Below, piece after piece: positions 1 to 9,627 of a DNA stretch of 20,000 nt. The translations under genes and the position numbers were made by a program. Where the stretch lies: the sequence record SRR31156797_7944; one strand, given 5' to 3'. A model generated the notes under the pieces. It saw only the letters and a program-made list of their open reading frames with translations, made no database searches and was not told the origin of the DNA. Position 1 is the first letter of the stretch; every line of letters starts with the position of its first letter.

Positions 1-769
1 TGCCGATGGCTACGGCCCCCTTGCTGCCGAAGGCCTCCACCCGCTGATCATAGCCGTAGACGGCCTTTCTGCTGGCGTCGATCACGGCGATGGCCCCGTT
101 CTCAAACCTCAGGGTCACCACGGCGGTGTCATAGTCCCCGGCCTTGCCGATCTCCTCGTCGATGCGGACGTCCGCCGCGGCGAAGACCTCGGTGACCTCG
201 CTGCCCGTCAGGAAGCGGGCCATGTCAAAGTCATGGACGATCATATCGCAGAAGATCCCGCCGGAAACCTTTACGTACTCCACCGGAGGGGGAGAGGGAT
301 CCCGGGAGGTGATCTTCAGGATATGCACATCCCCCACCTTACCGGCGTCTATGGCCGCCTTGACCGAGGCGAAGTTATGATCAAAGCGCCTGTTGAAGCC
401 GACCTGATAGATAACGCCCGACTCTCTGACAACCTTCAGGGTCTCCTTGATCTTGTCGATGTCCAGGTCCACAGGTTTTTCGCAGAACACATGCTTGCCC
501 GCCAGGCAGGCTTCCCGGGACAGGGGCGAATGGGTATCCGTCGAGGAACAGATAAACACCGCCTCGATCTCGGGATCGTCGATGATCTCCCTATGGTCTT
601 TGCAGACCTTCTGAACGCCCAGGCTCTTCATCAGGGCGGCGGCCTCATCCGTCAGGTAGGGATCGGCCACGGTCTTGATGGTGACGCCGGGGATCTCATA
701 GGCGATGCTTTTGGCATGCACCTGCCCTATCCTTCCGGCGCCGATGATTCCGACAACAATATCTGCCAT
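1..769 (-). CDS. iolG: myo-inositol 2-dehydrogenase (Gfo/Idh/MocA family); 3' end runs off the window
   Basis: Not in the ORF track; translated by hand from the ATG at 769: MADIVVGIIGAGRIGQVHAKSI...CSSTDTH...GKHVFCEKPV...QVGFNRRFDHNF...ITSRDP...SGGIFCDMIVHDFDMARF...AVYGYDQRVEAFGSKG. The RBS AGGAG overlaps the iolD stop codon. Confidence 0.93.
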   Translation of the reverse strand, partial: MADIVVGIIGAGRIGQVHAKSIAYEIPGVTIKTVADPYLTDEAAALMKSLGVQKVCKDHREIIDDPEIEAVFICSSTDTHSPLSREACLAGKHVFCEKPVDLDIDKIKETLKVVRESGVIYQVGFNRRFDHNFASVKAAIDAGKVGDVHILKITSRDPSPPPVEYVKVSGGIFCDMIVHDFDMARFLTGSEVTEVFAAADVRIDEEIGKAGDYDTAVVTLRFENGAIAVIDASRKAVYGYDQRVEAFGSKGAVAIG

Positions 770-780
770 TCCGTCTTCTC

Positions 781-2643
781 CTAGTACTGCTTGATCTCAG
801 CAGACTTTTCCCTGATCTTCCGGGCCGCTTTTTCTACCTCGTCATGGGAAGAAACCTCGGCGGTTCCGACCCTCCACCAGGCCTCGTAGCCCTCTGTCAT
901 GGTACCGGGAAGGACCTTGATATCCAGCAGGTTCAGGGTGTCCGACGTCTTCAGTTCGGGGAATACCGCCTTCAGTTCGTCCATGGTCCCGGCTTCAAAC
1001 CCCTTGGCGCCGTAGGCATTGGCCAGGGCCGCGAAGTTGATGGGCAGGCACTCACCGGTCAGTCTGTCGGTTGCGCTTTCCCTGTAGCGGAACTCATTGC
1101 CGAAGCTGGGAATTCCCTGGCTTCTCTGGAGGTTGTGTATACACTGGAATCCGCTGTTGTCCAGGAGGACGATGTTGATCTTGATGCCCTCCTGCAGAGC
1201 CGTAACCAGCTCGGTGTGGAGCATCAGGAATCCGCCGTCTCCCACGAGGCAGTAGACCTCCTTGTCGGGCTCGGCGATCTTGGCGCCGATGGCGCCGGCG
1301 ATCTCATACCCCATACAGGAGAAGGCGTATTCGGCGTGATAGGCGTTGTGGGAGTTGGTATTCCATACCCTCTGGCAGTCGCTGGGGAGGCTTCCGGAGG
1401 CGCATACGACGATGGCGTCCTTCTCGCAGAGCTCGCGGCTGAGCGCGCCCAGGACGGTGGACTGGGCCAGCCCCTCTTCGGGTTCGATGCTGAAAAGCCT
1501 GTCCAGCTCGGCGGCCCACTCGGAGCGCGCGTCCCCGATCTCGCTCTTGTAGCCGGACTTGTATCCCCGCTTCTTCAGTTCCGCCCTCAGCTGCCGAAGG
1601 GCCAGTTTGGCATCGGCAAAATAGGGCTCGGCGTCCATCTTGTGGGCGTCCATCTCATTGATATTGATGGTGACCATGGCCGAATCGTACTTGTAGGCGG
1701 ACTTGGATGAGGTACAGAAGTCGTTCAGTCTGGTCCCGATTCCCAGGATAAGGTCCGCATCCTTGGCGATCTTGTTGGCGGCCAGAGTACCGGTGACTCC
1801 GGCCCCTCCCAGGTTGTACTCATTGTCGGCGGGAAGGGTGCTCTTTCCGGCCTGTGTCTCGCCGAAGGGGATATTGAACTCGCTGCAGAAGGCCTTCAGC
1901 TCCTCTCCGGCCTCGGAGTACTTCACGCCGCCTCCGCAAATGATAAAGGGTTTCTTCCCGGCTTCGATCCTGTCGGCCAGGCGCTGGAGCGAGCCCTCGT
2001 CCAGACAGCGGCGCTGGTTGTAATGAACCCTCTTTCGGAAGAACTCCACGGGGTAGTCGTAGGCCTCGCCCTGAACGTCCTGGGGCAGACAAACCGTAAC
2101 GGCCCCCGTCTCGGCGGGATTGGTCAGGACGCGCATGGCGTTGATCATGGCGAGCATCAGCTGCTCGGGACGGGTGACCCGGTCCCAGTACTTGCTGACG
2201 GGCTTGAAGGCGTCGTTGGCCGTGATATTGTGGTCGTAGCTCTGCTCGATCTGCTGCAGAACGGGATCGGGCTGTCTGTTGCCGTAGGAATCGGCGGGCA
2301 GGAAGAGCACGGGGATCCTGTTGGCCGTGGCCGTACCGGCGGCGGTGACCATATTGAGGGCGCCGGGACCGATGGAGGAGGTGACCGCCATGATCTGGCG
2401 TCTCTTCTTCTGCTTGGCGAATCCCATGGCGATGTGGGCCATGCCCTGCTCGCTCTTGCCCTGGATGAACTTGAGGGAGTGGCTCCTGTCCTCAAGGGCC
2501 TCGCCCAGCCCCACGACGATGCCGTGACCGAAGATCCCGATGACGCCGTCGACGTACTTGATCTCCTCACCGTCGATGTTCAGGTACTGGTTATCCAAAA
2601 ATTTCACTAAAGCCTGTGATGTGGTCAATCTTATCGTTTTCAT
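781..2643 (-). CDS. iolD: 3D-(3,5/4)-trihydroxycyclohexane-1,2-dione acylhydrolase (ThDP-dependent)
   Basis: 620 aa. MKTIRLTTSQALVKFL N-terminus, GIFGHG, TSSIGPGALNMVTAAGTATANRIPVL, RQPDPVLQQIE, YWDRVTRPEQL, SCMGYEIAGAIG, GDG...N ThDP motif, WWRVG C-terminus. RBS AAAGGAG. Confidence 0.96.
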   Translation of the reverse strand: MKTIRLTTSQALVKFLDNQYLNIDGEEIKYVDGVIGIFGHGIVVGLGEALEDRSHSLKFIQGKSEQGMAHIAMGFAKQKKRRQIMAVTSSIGPGALNMVTAAGTATANRIPVLFLPADSYGNRQPDPVLQQIEQSYDHNITANDAFKPVSKYWDRVTRPEQLMLAMINAMRVLTNPAETGAVTVCLPQDVQGEAYDYPVEFFRKRVHYNQRRCLDEGSLQRLADRIEAGKKPFIICGGGVKYSEAGEELKAFCSEFNIPFGETQAGKSTLPADNEYNLGGAGVTGTLAANKIAKDADLILGIGTRLNDFCTSSKSAYKYDSAMVTININEMDAHKMDAEPYFADAKLALRQLRAELKKRGYKSGYKSEIGDARSEWAAELDRLFSIEPEEGLAQSTVLGALSRELCEKDAIVVCASGSLPSDCQRVWNTNSHNAYHAEYAFSCMGYEIAGAIGAKIAEPDKEVYCLVGDGGFLMLHTELVTALQEGIKINIVLLDNSGFQCIHNLQRSQGIPSFGNEFRYRESATDRLTGECLPINFAALANAYGAKGFEAGTMDELKAVFPELKTSDTLNLLDIKVLPGTMTEGYEAWWRVGTAEVSSHDEVEKAARKIREKSAEIKQY

Positions 2644-2656
2644 ACAATCTCCTTTG

Positions 2657-3493
2657 CTATTCTCTCCAACCTAAAAGTCGATATTTTTCTTCGGCCGCCG
2701 CCTGCACGGCGGCCATGGGCTTCTTCAGCAGCTTGACCCTGTCAAACTCATGGGGATTCGAAAGGACTTCCTCCTTCAGCTCCCGGCCGTAGGCCATCCT
2801 CAAAGCGGTTCCGATATTCATCTTCCCCACCCTGGTCCCGCACAGACGCCGCACGTCCTCGTCGACGATGCCCGACGTGCCGTGTATGACCAGGGGGACA
2901 TCGGTGCAGTTCTCGATGGCTTCCAGACGCCCGAAATCGATCCGCGCCGACTTGGTCTGCATCCTGTGGAGCGATCCCACCGCCACGGCCAGGGCGTCCA
3001 CCCCGGTTTTCTCCATAAACTCCGCGGCCTCCTCCGGAACAGTGAGGACGGACTCGACCTCCTCATTCCTGTCCGTATAGGGGACCGATCCCAGTTCGGC
3101 CTCCACGGAGACCTTAAACCTCCGGGCCTCTTTCATAACCCTTCTGGTATTCTCAATATTCTCTGCCAGAGGCAGCGCCGATCCGTCGTACATGACCGAT
3201 GTGTAACCGGCTTCCATGGCACGCAAAATTGAAGCAAACGTTTTCGTATGGTCTAAATGAATAATCACGGGAACACGGCTCTCCTCCGCCAGGGAGCGGT
3301 AAAGGGCCGCCGAGCTGTTCATATCCATATGGTCCACCGCGTCCCTGTTGGACATCAGGATCACCGGCGCCCGGAAGGCCTCGGCCGCCCGTATGACCGC
3401 CAGAGCGTCCTCGTACCCGAAAACGTTGAAGCCCGGGACGACTCTGTCCTCACGGGAGGCGGCCCGGATGTAGTCGTTCATATTCGCCAGCAT
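2657..3493 (-). CDS. iolJ: class II aldolase, likely 6-phospho-5-dehydro-2-deoxy-D-gluconate aldolase
   Basis: HLDH, SVMYDGS, VEAELG, LVIHGTSG and KMNIGT class II FBA motifs; lies between iolC and iolD. Start reset to ATG 3493 (MLANMND), with GGGGAG upstream and the iolC stop 4 nt away. Confidence 0.85.
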   Translation of the reverse strand: MLANMNDYIRAASREDRVVPGFNVFGYEDALAVIRAAEAFRAPVILMSNRDAVDHMDMNSSAALYRSLAEESRVPVIIHLDHTKTFASILRAMEAGYTSVMYDGSALPLAENIENTRRVMKEARRFKVSVEAELGSVPYTDRNEEVESVLTVPEEAAEFMEKTGVDALAVAVGSLHRMQTKSARIDFGRLEAIENCTDVPLVIHGTSGIVDEDVRRLCGTRVGKMNIGTALRMAYGRELKEEVLSNPHEFDRVKLLKKPMAAVQAAAEEKYRLLGWRE

Positions 3494-3497
3494 GCTT

Positions 3498-4493
3498 TCA
3501 GCTCCCCTTCCCGGCCCTGTAGGCCCTGATGAAATCCCGCACCTCCGCAAGGGTCGGCATGGATTCGGAGCAGTCGGGGCTCTGCACCACGATGGCGGCG
3601 GCTCCGGCGCCCAGCTCCATCCCCTCGGCGACGCCTTTGCCGCTTAACAGGCCGTAGATCAGGCCCCCCGCATAGGAGTCTCCGGCCCCCATGGTCTTCA
3701 ACGGGGTCACAGGGAACACGGCGCCCTTGACGACGCTGCCGTCCCTGTTATAGGCGACGGAGCCCTCCCGGCCATGCTTGATCACCACAAGCTCCGCATT
3801 CCAGTCGAACCATCTCTTCGCCGTCAGCTCGTCGTCCCTGTTGGCGGGCATGGAGAACTTCTCCAGCATATCGAACTCCTCCCGGGTTCCGAGAATGACA
3901 TTGCTTTTCTCGGCTGCCAGGGAGAGATAGATGCCGCTCTCCTCCGCCGACTTCCAGGTATAGTCCCTGTAGTCGATATCGAGCAGCACCTTGGTGCCGT
4001 GCCTGAGAGCGTATTCCAAGGCCGCGAAGACCGCCTCTCTGGAAGGGCTCCGGGACAGAGCGGTTCCCGAAACGACCAGGAGCTTCGCCTTTCTGACATA
4101 CTCCTCGTCGATGTCCTTGATGCTCAGGTTCAGGTCGGCCACGTTGTCCCGGTGAAGGATATAGCTGCTGTCTCTGGGGGAACGGATCTCCGTAAAGGCC
4201 AGGCCGCTCATCCCGCCGTCCATATCGGCCTGCAGGTGACTGGAATCTATCCCCTTGCGGTCGAAGTAGCTGCGGATAAAGCGGCCGTGCTGATCATCCG
4301 AAACCCGCCCGATAAAACCGACCTTGAGATCATAGCGCGAGCAGGCCACGGCGATGTTCGCCGGAGACCCGCCCACCGTCTTCCTGAAGGTCATGTTCTC
4401 TTCCATGGGAACGTTCATGTCCACGGCATTCAGGTCTATCCCGGCCCTCCCGAGGGCGATGACATCGATGGTTTTGCCGTCAGCGAATTCCAT
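3498..4493 (-). CDS. iolC: 5-dehydro-2-deoxygluconokinase (PfkB family)
   Basis: DVIALGRAGIDLN, VGGSPANIAV, DDQHGRF, VSGTALSRSPSREAV, LDIDYR, KTMGAGDSY PfkB anion-hole motif; iol context. Confidence 0.93.
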   Translation of the reverse strand: MEFADGKTIDVIALGRAGIDLNAVDMNVPMEENMTFRKTVGGSPANIAVACSRYDLKVGFIGRVSDDQHGRFIRSYFDRKGIDSSHLQADMDGGMSGLAFTEIRSPRDSSYILHRDNVADLNLSIKDIDEEYVRKAKLLVVSGTALSRSPSREAVFAALEYALRHGTKVLLDIDYRDYTWKSAEESGIYLSLAAEKSNVILGTREEFDMLEKFSMPANRDDELTAKRWFDWNAELVVIKHGREGSVAYNRDGSVVKGAVFPVTPLKTMGAGDSYAGGLIYGLLSGKGVAEGMELGAGAAAIVVQSPDCSESMPTLAEVRDFIRAYRAGKGS

Positions 4494-4507
4494 ATCCCCT
4501 CCCCGTC

Positions 4508-5314
4508 CTATCTGTCGGGCCAGATCTTGGCGTCGGGCTCCTGGGCCCAGAGGTGCTGCTCCTCAAAGTCGGGCCCGAGGTAGGGATTCCCGTCCAGATG
4601 GCGGATCACCCACAGGAAGTACATGGCATAGCCCGGCGCGGCGACCTGGGGATGAACCAGATCGGGGGGAATGACCACCGTATCGTTCTGCTCGAGGCAG
4701 ACGCCCTGATCGCCCAGCCTCAGGAGACCGAAACCGTTCTCGGGAAGGAAGCGGTAGAAGTAGATCTCGGGCTGATTATGGGAGTGGGAGGGGAATCCCG
4801 CCCATTTCCCGGGATAGTGGACGTCCTCGCCGATCATAAAATTGGCATTCTCGTGGATGGACTTGTCCAGGATGGTCCGGACCTGTCTGGTCCCCGTTTC
4901 GTTCATGGTGCCCTTGCCGCGGACCTCGTTCCTCAGCTCGGCGCTGCCGAAGAGCTTTGAAGGAAAGGTTTTTTCGTTTGCCGTCTTGTGTACGGAAAAC
5001 TCCGTATCGTCCTTCAGAGCCCTGACGGCCAGCTTCGTACCGGGAGACAGGTGCATCGTATAGGGATCGTGGTCATACAGGTTGTCCCGTTTGATCACGA
5101 CGGTTTCGTCATCCCAGCTGAGCTCGGCCTCGCCCTGAAGAAGGAGAAAGATCCGTTCCAGGTCCTCATCGCTCTCAAACTCATCCCCCGAGGCCATGTT
5201 CAGAACCCCAAAGGTCATGAGCATCTCGGGATTGCTCTCTTCGGACACCACTTCGGTGTAGCCCGGCTTGAATCCCTCTTTGTTTCTGATCTTGTACTTT
5301 GCTTCCAAATCCAC
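4508..5314 (-). CDS. iolB: 5-deoxy-glucuronate isomerase (KduI/IolB family)
   Basis: GKWAGFPSHSHNQPEIYFYRF and HPQVAAPGYAMYFLW cupin motifs. Probable GTG start at 5314, with GAGGA 8 nt upstream overlapping the end of the preceding gene. Confidence 0.88.
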   Translation of the reverse strand: MDLEAKYKIRNKEGFKPGYTEVVSEESNPEMLMTFGVLNMASGDEFESDEDLERIFLLLQGEAELSWDDETVVIKRDNLYDHDPYTMHLSPGTKLAVRALKDDTEFSVHKTANEKTFPSKLFGSAELRNEVRGKGTMNETGTRQVRTILDKSIHENANFMIGEDVHYPGKWAGFPSHSHNQPEIYFYRFLPENGFGLLRLGDQGVCLEQNDTVVIPPDLVHPQVAAPGYAMYFLWVIRHLDGNPYLGPDFEEQHLWAQEPDAKIWPDR

Positions 5315-5318
5315 TGTA

Positions 5319-6002
5319 TTAATCCTCTGTTTTCTTCTCAATGACGCCCGGGTTCTCACGGAAACGCTTCAGCATCTCTTCCACATGCTCCACAAGGACC
5401 TTTTCTATCTTCATCGTCTTCACCGACGGCCGGTCGTCATCCCGCTTCCCGCCGGTGGTGTCATAGGCCTGGGCGATCCAGTCCACGCACATATCCGGAG
5501 GGATGATACTGGTATCCAGTATAAGGTCGAATTCGGTACTGTTGTTGTAATCGAATCGGAAATCCGACTCCACGAAGGAGCGCCTCACCCGATCATTTTC
5601 CTTTACCATCTTTTTCGCTTCCGGCTCGGACAGGTTCTTGTCCTCCATCAGCCGGTGGATACGGCATGCCTCGGGCGCCTTGATCCGGATATTGATGACG
5701 TCCGAATAGGTATCCAGCAGACCGAAACTGCCCCGTCCGGCGATGACCACGTTGCCATGATGGGCCACCGCCATAATGACCTCGGCCAGGAAGTTGATGG
5801 TCATCTCGCGATACACATCATAACGCTCCCACATGCCGGGCACTTTCTCATAGATATTGTCGAACTTGCTGAACCCGTACTCCTTCATGATCTTGGAGAG
5901 CTGATTCTTGTCCACATAGTCGTAATCAAGCTTTTCGGCAAGCTTCTTTCCCACATAGGTACCCATGCTGCCGAGCTTTCTGGATATTGTAATAACTGCC
6001 AT
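5319..6002 (-). CDS. cytidylate kinase-like family protein (Cytidylate_kin2 type), function unknown
   Basis: VITISRKLGSMGTYVGKKLAEKLDYDYVDK N-terminus, GNVVIAGRGS, IRIKAP..CRIHR, NDRVRRSF, FDLILDTS. RBS AGGGAG. Confidence 0.8.
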   Translation of the reverse strand: MAVITISRKLGSMGTYVGKKLAEKLDYDYVDKNQLSKIMKEYGFSKFDNIYEKVPGMWERYDVYREMTINFLAEVIMAVAHHGNVVIAGRGSFGLLDTYSDVINIRIKAPEACRIHRLMEDKNLSEPEAKKMVKENDRVRRSFVESDFRFDYNNSTEFDLILDTSIIPPDMCVDWIAQAYDTTGGKRDDDRPSVKTMKIEKVLVEHVEEMLKRFRENPGVIEKKTED

Positions 6003-6018
6003 TGAAGACTCCCTGGGC

Positions 6019-6079
6019 TTTCATCCGGGACCGGGCCCCGGGATGAGAGAACATATCCCCCGGCCCAGCGGCCGGGAGA
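6019..6079. other. two tandem GC-rich inverted repeats between the permease and kinase-like genes
   Basis: TTTCATCCGGG...CCCGGGATGAGA (about 6019-6048, imperfect) and CCCGGCC-cagc-GGCCGGG (6059-6076). No U-tract on the minus strand. Confidence 0.5.
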
Positions 6080-6094
6080 AAGATGCGATATACC

Positions 6095-7078
6095 TTATTT
6101 CTTTTTCTGTTTCCGGGCGTCGATCAGAACGGCGATCACGATGATGAATCCCTTCACGATCTGCTGCCAGTAGGCGTTGACGCCCAACAGGTCCATACCG
6201 TTGTTCAGAACGCCGATGATCAGAGCCCCAATGACGCAGAAGGGGATCGAACCGATACCGCCGGAAAGGGAGGTGCCGCCGATTACGGTGGAGGCGATGG
6301 CGTCCAGCTCATAGGACAGGCCGTAGGTGGGGTTACCCGCGGAGGTTCTGGCCGTCAGGATCACAGCGGCCACGGCAGTGAAGAAACCGGCCAGAGCGTA
6401 AACCTTGACCAGGGTCTTCTCCACATTGATACCGCATATCCTGGCGGCCTGCTCGTTGCCGCCGATGGCGAACACGTGGCGGCCGAATCTGGATTTGCTC
6501 AAGAGGATATGGGCGATGATCCCCATGATCAGGTAGATCCAGATGGGGATGGGGATGCCCGCGAAGCTGCCCGTACCGATAAAGGTGAAGCTGTCCTTCA
6601 GGTCGCCCACGGGGCGTCCCTGGGTCACCAGGGCCGCCGCTCCCCTGGCCACGGTCATCATCCCCAGGGTGGCTATGAAGGGAGGGATCTTTCCGAAGGC
6701 ATGGAGGGAACCGTTTATGGCGCCCATCAGAAGACCGAGGATCACAGCCGCGAGCAGACCGAGGGCTATGGGCGCCACGATGCTGAAGGACTGGTCGGGA
6801 TTCACCTTGTTCTGGGACATGGAAGCCACGACGACCGAGATCAGGGCGACCATGGAGCCGGACGACAGGTCGATACCGGTTGTGATGATGGCGAAGGTGA
6901 CGCCAAAGGATATGATACCGATGATGGACACCTGGCGGATAACGTTTGTGATATTCCGGACGGACCGGAAAGCCGGGGATACGACGGACAGTATCAGACA
7001 AAAGGCTACAAAGATGACGACGATACCGTATTTACTCATAAAGGCGCCGAAGCTGGGCCTTCCTAATGCTTTCTGCAT
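6095..7078 (-). CDS. sugar (probably inositol) ABC transporter permease, RbsC/MglC family
   Basis: GIDLSSGS, IPPFIATLGMMTVARG, FGRHVFAIGGNEQAARICGIN, YELDAIASTVIGGTSLSGG; multiple hydrophobic segments. Confidence 0.93.
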   Translation of the reverse strand: MQKALGRPSFGAFMSKYGIVVIFVAFCLILSVVSPAFRSVRNITNVIRQVSIIGIISFGVTFAIITTGIDLSSGSMVALISVVVASMSQNKVNPDQSFSIVAPIALGLLAAVILGLLMGAINGSLHAFGKIPPFIATLGMMTVARGAAALVTQGRPVGDLKDSFTFIGTGSFAGIPIPIWIYLIMGIIAHILLSKSRFGRHVFAIGGNEQAARICGINVEKTLVKVYALAGFFTAVAAVILTARTSAGNPTYGLSYELDAIASTVIGGTSLSGGIGSIPFCVIGALIIGVLNNGMDLLGVNAYWQQIVKGFIIVIAVLIDARKQKKK

Positions 7079-7097
7079 GGTTTCAAAACCTCCTTGA

Positions 7098-8603
7098 TTA
7101 AAGCGATTCGCCTGTGGCGAGGGCCAGGATCTTTTCCTGGGTTGCTTCGTCCCGGCTGAGTTCGCCGGAACACTTCCCTTCGTGCATGACCATGATCCTG
7201 TCGCTTATGGCGAGGATCTCGGGCATCTCAGACGACACCATGATGATGCTCTTGCCCATCTTGGCCAGCTCACCGATGAGACGGTGGATCTCCGACTTGG
7301 CTCCCACGTCGATCCCTCTCGTGGGCTCGTCGAGGATCAGGACCTCCGGGGTCGTCAAGAGCCAGCGGGAGATCAGAACCTTCTGCTGGTTCCCTCCCGA
7401 GAGGTTCTTGATCAGCTGCTCCAGGGTAGGCGTCTTGATGGAGATGGCCTCCCTCTGCTCCTGGCAGTTCTCCCTGATCTTCTTCCTGTCCAGCAGACCG
7501 TTTTTGAGGTAGGTCCCCACATCGGGCATGATGATATTGTCCTTGATGGACAGCTCGGGGAAGATCCCCGTCAGCTTTCTGTCTTCCGTCACAAAGGCGA
7601 TGCCCTGGTTGATGGCGTCGATGGGCTCATGGATCTCGACCTTCTCTCCGTCCATCCGGATCTCTCCCGATTCGGCCGGCTTGTATCCGAATATGGCCTC
7701 CATGACCTCGGTCCGCCCGGCGCCCATCAGTCCGGCCACGCCCAGAACCTCTCCCCTTCTCAGACTGAAGCTGACGTTCTGGAATTTCTTGCCGTTGCAG
7801 AGATCATTGACCTCCAGGACGGTCTCGCCGATGGCGGCCAGCTCTTTATGGAAGAACTCATCCATGGAACGGCCGACCATCATGCTGATCAGCCTGTCCT
7901 TATCGAAGTTTTCGATAAGATCGGAACCGATGTACTCGCCGTCCCGAAGCACCGAGACCTCATCGCAGATAGCGAAGATCTCATCCAGTTTGTGGGAGAT
8001 GTAGATGATGGCGATTTTCTTCTTCTCTTTGAGATCCCTGATAATGTCATAGAGCTTATCGATCTCTTTGTCTGTCAGTGCGGAGGTGGGCTCATCCATT
8101 ATGACCAGGTCCGCGTTATAGGATACAGCCGTGGCGATGGCTACGAGCTGTGCATTTGCAATACTGATATCAGACATCATGACGCTCGGGTCGATGTCTA
8201 TTCCCAGCTCATCAAAGAGCTCTTGGGTCTCTTCAACCATCTTTTTCTGATTGATAAGATTCAAGCCTTTGGTTTTAATTACTTCCTTTCCCAGAAAGAC
8301 ATTACTGGCAACCGTAAGATTGGGAACCGGACTGATTTCCTGGGGGATCATGCTGATTCCGCCGTTGATGGCATCGATGGGGCTTTTAACAGCATAAGGC
8401 TCGCCCTTGAATTTCACCTCACCTTCGTCAGGCTGATAGATGCCGTAAAGGATCTTCATCAGCGTGGACTTCCCCGCTCCGTTTTCACCCATGAGAGCAT
8501 GAACGGTCCCCTTCCTGATCGTCAGGTCTACGCCTTTCAATGCCCTTACGCCTGGAAAGGACTTGGATACCCCTTTTATCTCCAGGACATTTTCCGTACT
8601 CAT
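7098..8603 (-). CDS. sugar ABC transporter ATP-binding protein, RbsA/MglA family (two ABC domains)
   Basis: Walker A GENGAGKST, MDEPTSAL, YISHKLDE, LSGGNQQK, LDEPTRGIDVGAK. Confidence 0.95.
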   Translation of the reverse strand: MSTENVLEIKGVSKSFPGVRALKGVDLTIRKGTVHALMGENGAGKSTLMKILYGIYQPDEGEVKFKGEPYAVKSPIDAINGGISMIPQEISPVPNLTVASNVFLGKEVIKTKGLNLINQKKMVEETQELFDELGIDIDPSVMMSDISIANAQLVAIATAVSYNADLVIMDEPTSALTDKEIDKLYDIIRDLKEKKKIAIIYISHKLDEIFAICDEVSVLRDGEYIGSDLIENFDKDRLISMMVGRSMDEFFHKELAAIGETVLEVNDLCNGKKFQNVSFSLRRGEVLGVAGLMGAGRTEVMEAIFGYKPAESGEIRMDGEKVEIHEPIDAINQGIAFVTEDRKLTGIFPELSIKDNIIMPDVGTYLKNGLLDRKKIRENCQEQREAISIKTPTLEQLIKNLSGGNQQKVLISRWLLTTPEVLILDEPTRGIDVGAKSEIHRLIGELAKMGKSIIMVSSEMPEILAISDRIMVMHEGKCSGELSRDEATQEKILALATGESL

Positions 8604-8638
8604 ATAGACTCCCGCTTAAATAAAAGAACACTTTCCTT

Positions 8639-8666
8639 AAAATGGGGAGAGCCTGAACCCTCCCCA
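8639..8666 (-). terminator. stem-loop after the binding-protein gene (partial terminator or mRNA stabiliser)
   Basis: Minus strand TGGGGAGGGT-TCAG-GCTCTCCCCA followed by TTTT, about 20 nt after the SBP stop codon. Confidence 0.6.
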
Positions 8667-8685
8667 AAATCGATCTAAAAACTGA

Positions 8686-9627
8686 TTACTTGTACTCGCT
8701 CATATTCTCGGGAGTGACGGTTTCGAAGGGGATCCAGTCCCACTTGTCAACGCCGTTCCCCTTAACCAGGTCGTACGCGGCCTTGGCGCCGTTGTAACCC
8801 TGGGCATTCATGTTCTGGAAAACAGTCACGTCCAGCCCCTTTCCGAGGTACTCGAGGGCGTCGGGAGTGGCGTCTACTCCGCCGATAATGAGATCAGCGT
8901 CCGCGATATTGGCGCCCTGGGCGGCCAGAAGGGTTCCGATGGCCATCTCGTCGTTGTTACATACGATGGCGTCCAGATCGGCACCGCTCTGAATCCAGTT
9001 CTCGGCGACCTGCATTCCCTTGGCTCTGTCCCACTTGGCTTCCGCGTCCATAACCACTTCGATATTGTCGTACTTGGCGAAAACCTGCTTGTTTCCTTCG
9101 GTTCTCATACGGGCGGCCTCGTGTCCCAGGGGTCCCATGATGATTCCGACCTTTCCGCCTTCGGGCTGCAGGGCTTCCGCTACCCACTCGGCCTGCAGGA
9201 TTCCGGCCTGGATGGACTCGGAACCTGTGTACACATCAAAGTCGTTGTGGAACTCTTCGGCGGGCATTCTGTTGGCGATGACCAGCTTCACGCCGTCGTC
9301 CTTACACTTCTTGAAGACAGGCTTCAGAGCGGAGATGTCTACGGGAACGATAAGGATGGCGTCCACGCCCTTGACCAGAAGGGTCTCGACCTGATTCAGC
9401 TGAACGGCCGCATCGTCTTTGGCATCGGTCATGATAACCTCTACATCCTCATGCTCGGCATCGAAAGCGCGAACGCCGTCCTGCAGGTAGGTCTGCCCCT
9501 TGTCTGAGAAGCTGCTCATCGCCGCGCCGATCTTTACGCTGCCATCATTCTGCCCCTCTGCAAAAACAGATGCGGGTACGATAAGCATAACCAGTGCGAT
9601 CATAACCAATGCGAATCTTTTACTCAT
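8686..9627 (-). CDS. sugar ABC transporter substrate-binding protein (RbsB-like, probably inositol-binding)
   Basis: Signal peptide MSKRFALVMIALVMLIVPASVFA without a lipobox Cys; DAKDDAAVQLNQVE, AKWDRAKG, CNNDEMAIG, GGVDATPDA, TVFQN. RBS GGAGG. Confidence 0.92.
   Translation of the reverse strand: MSKRFALVMIALVMLIVPASVFAEGQNDGSVKIGAAMSSFSDKGQTYLQDGVRAFDAEHEDVEVIMTDAKDDAAVQLNQVETLLVKGVDAILIVPVDISALKPVFKKCKDDGVKLVIANRMPAEEFHNDFDVYTGSESIQAGILQAEWVAEALQPEGGKVGIIMGPLGHEAARMRTEGNKQVFAKYDNIEVVMDAEAKWDRAKGMQVAENWIQSGADLDAIVCNNDEMAIGTLLAAQGANIADADLIIGGVDATPDALEYLGKGLDVTVFQNMNAQGYNGAKAAYDLVKGNGVDKWDWIPFETVTPENMSEYK

Noticed and set aside
7182-8678. 498-aa plus-strand ORF, and similar long antisense ORFs (844-1710, 6083-7066, 9643-10776, 10739-11920, 11931-12851, 12796-13764, 14875-16209, 16209-17552, 18509-19741)
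   Set aside because: They lie antisense to well-supported genes, have no recognisable motifs, and are expected shadows of GC-rich codon usage.
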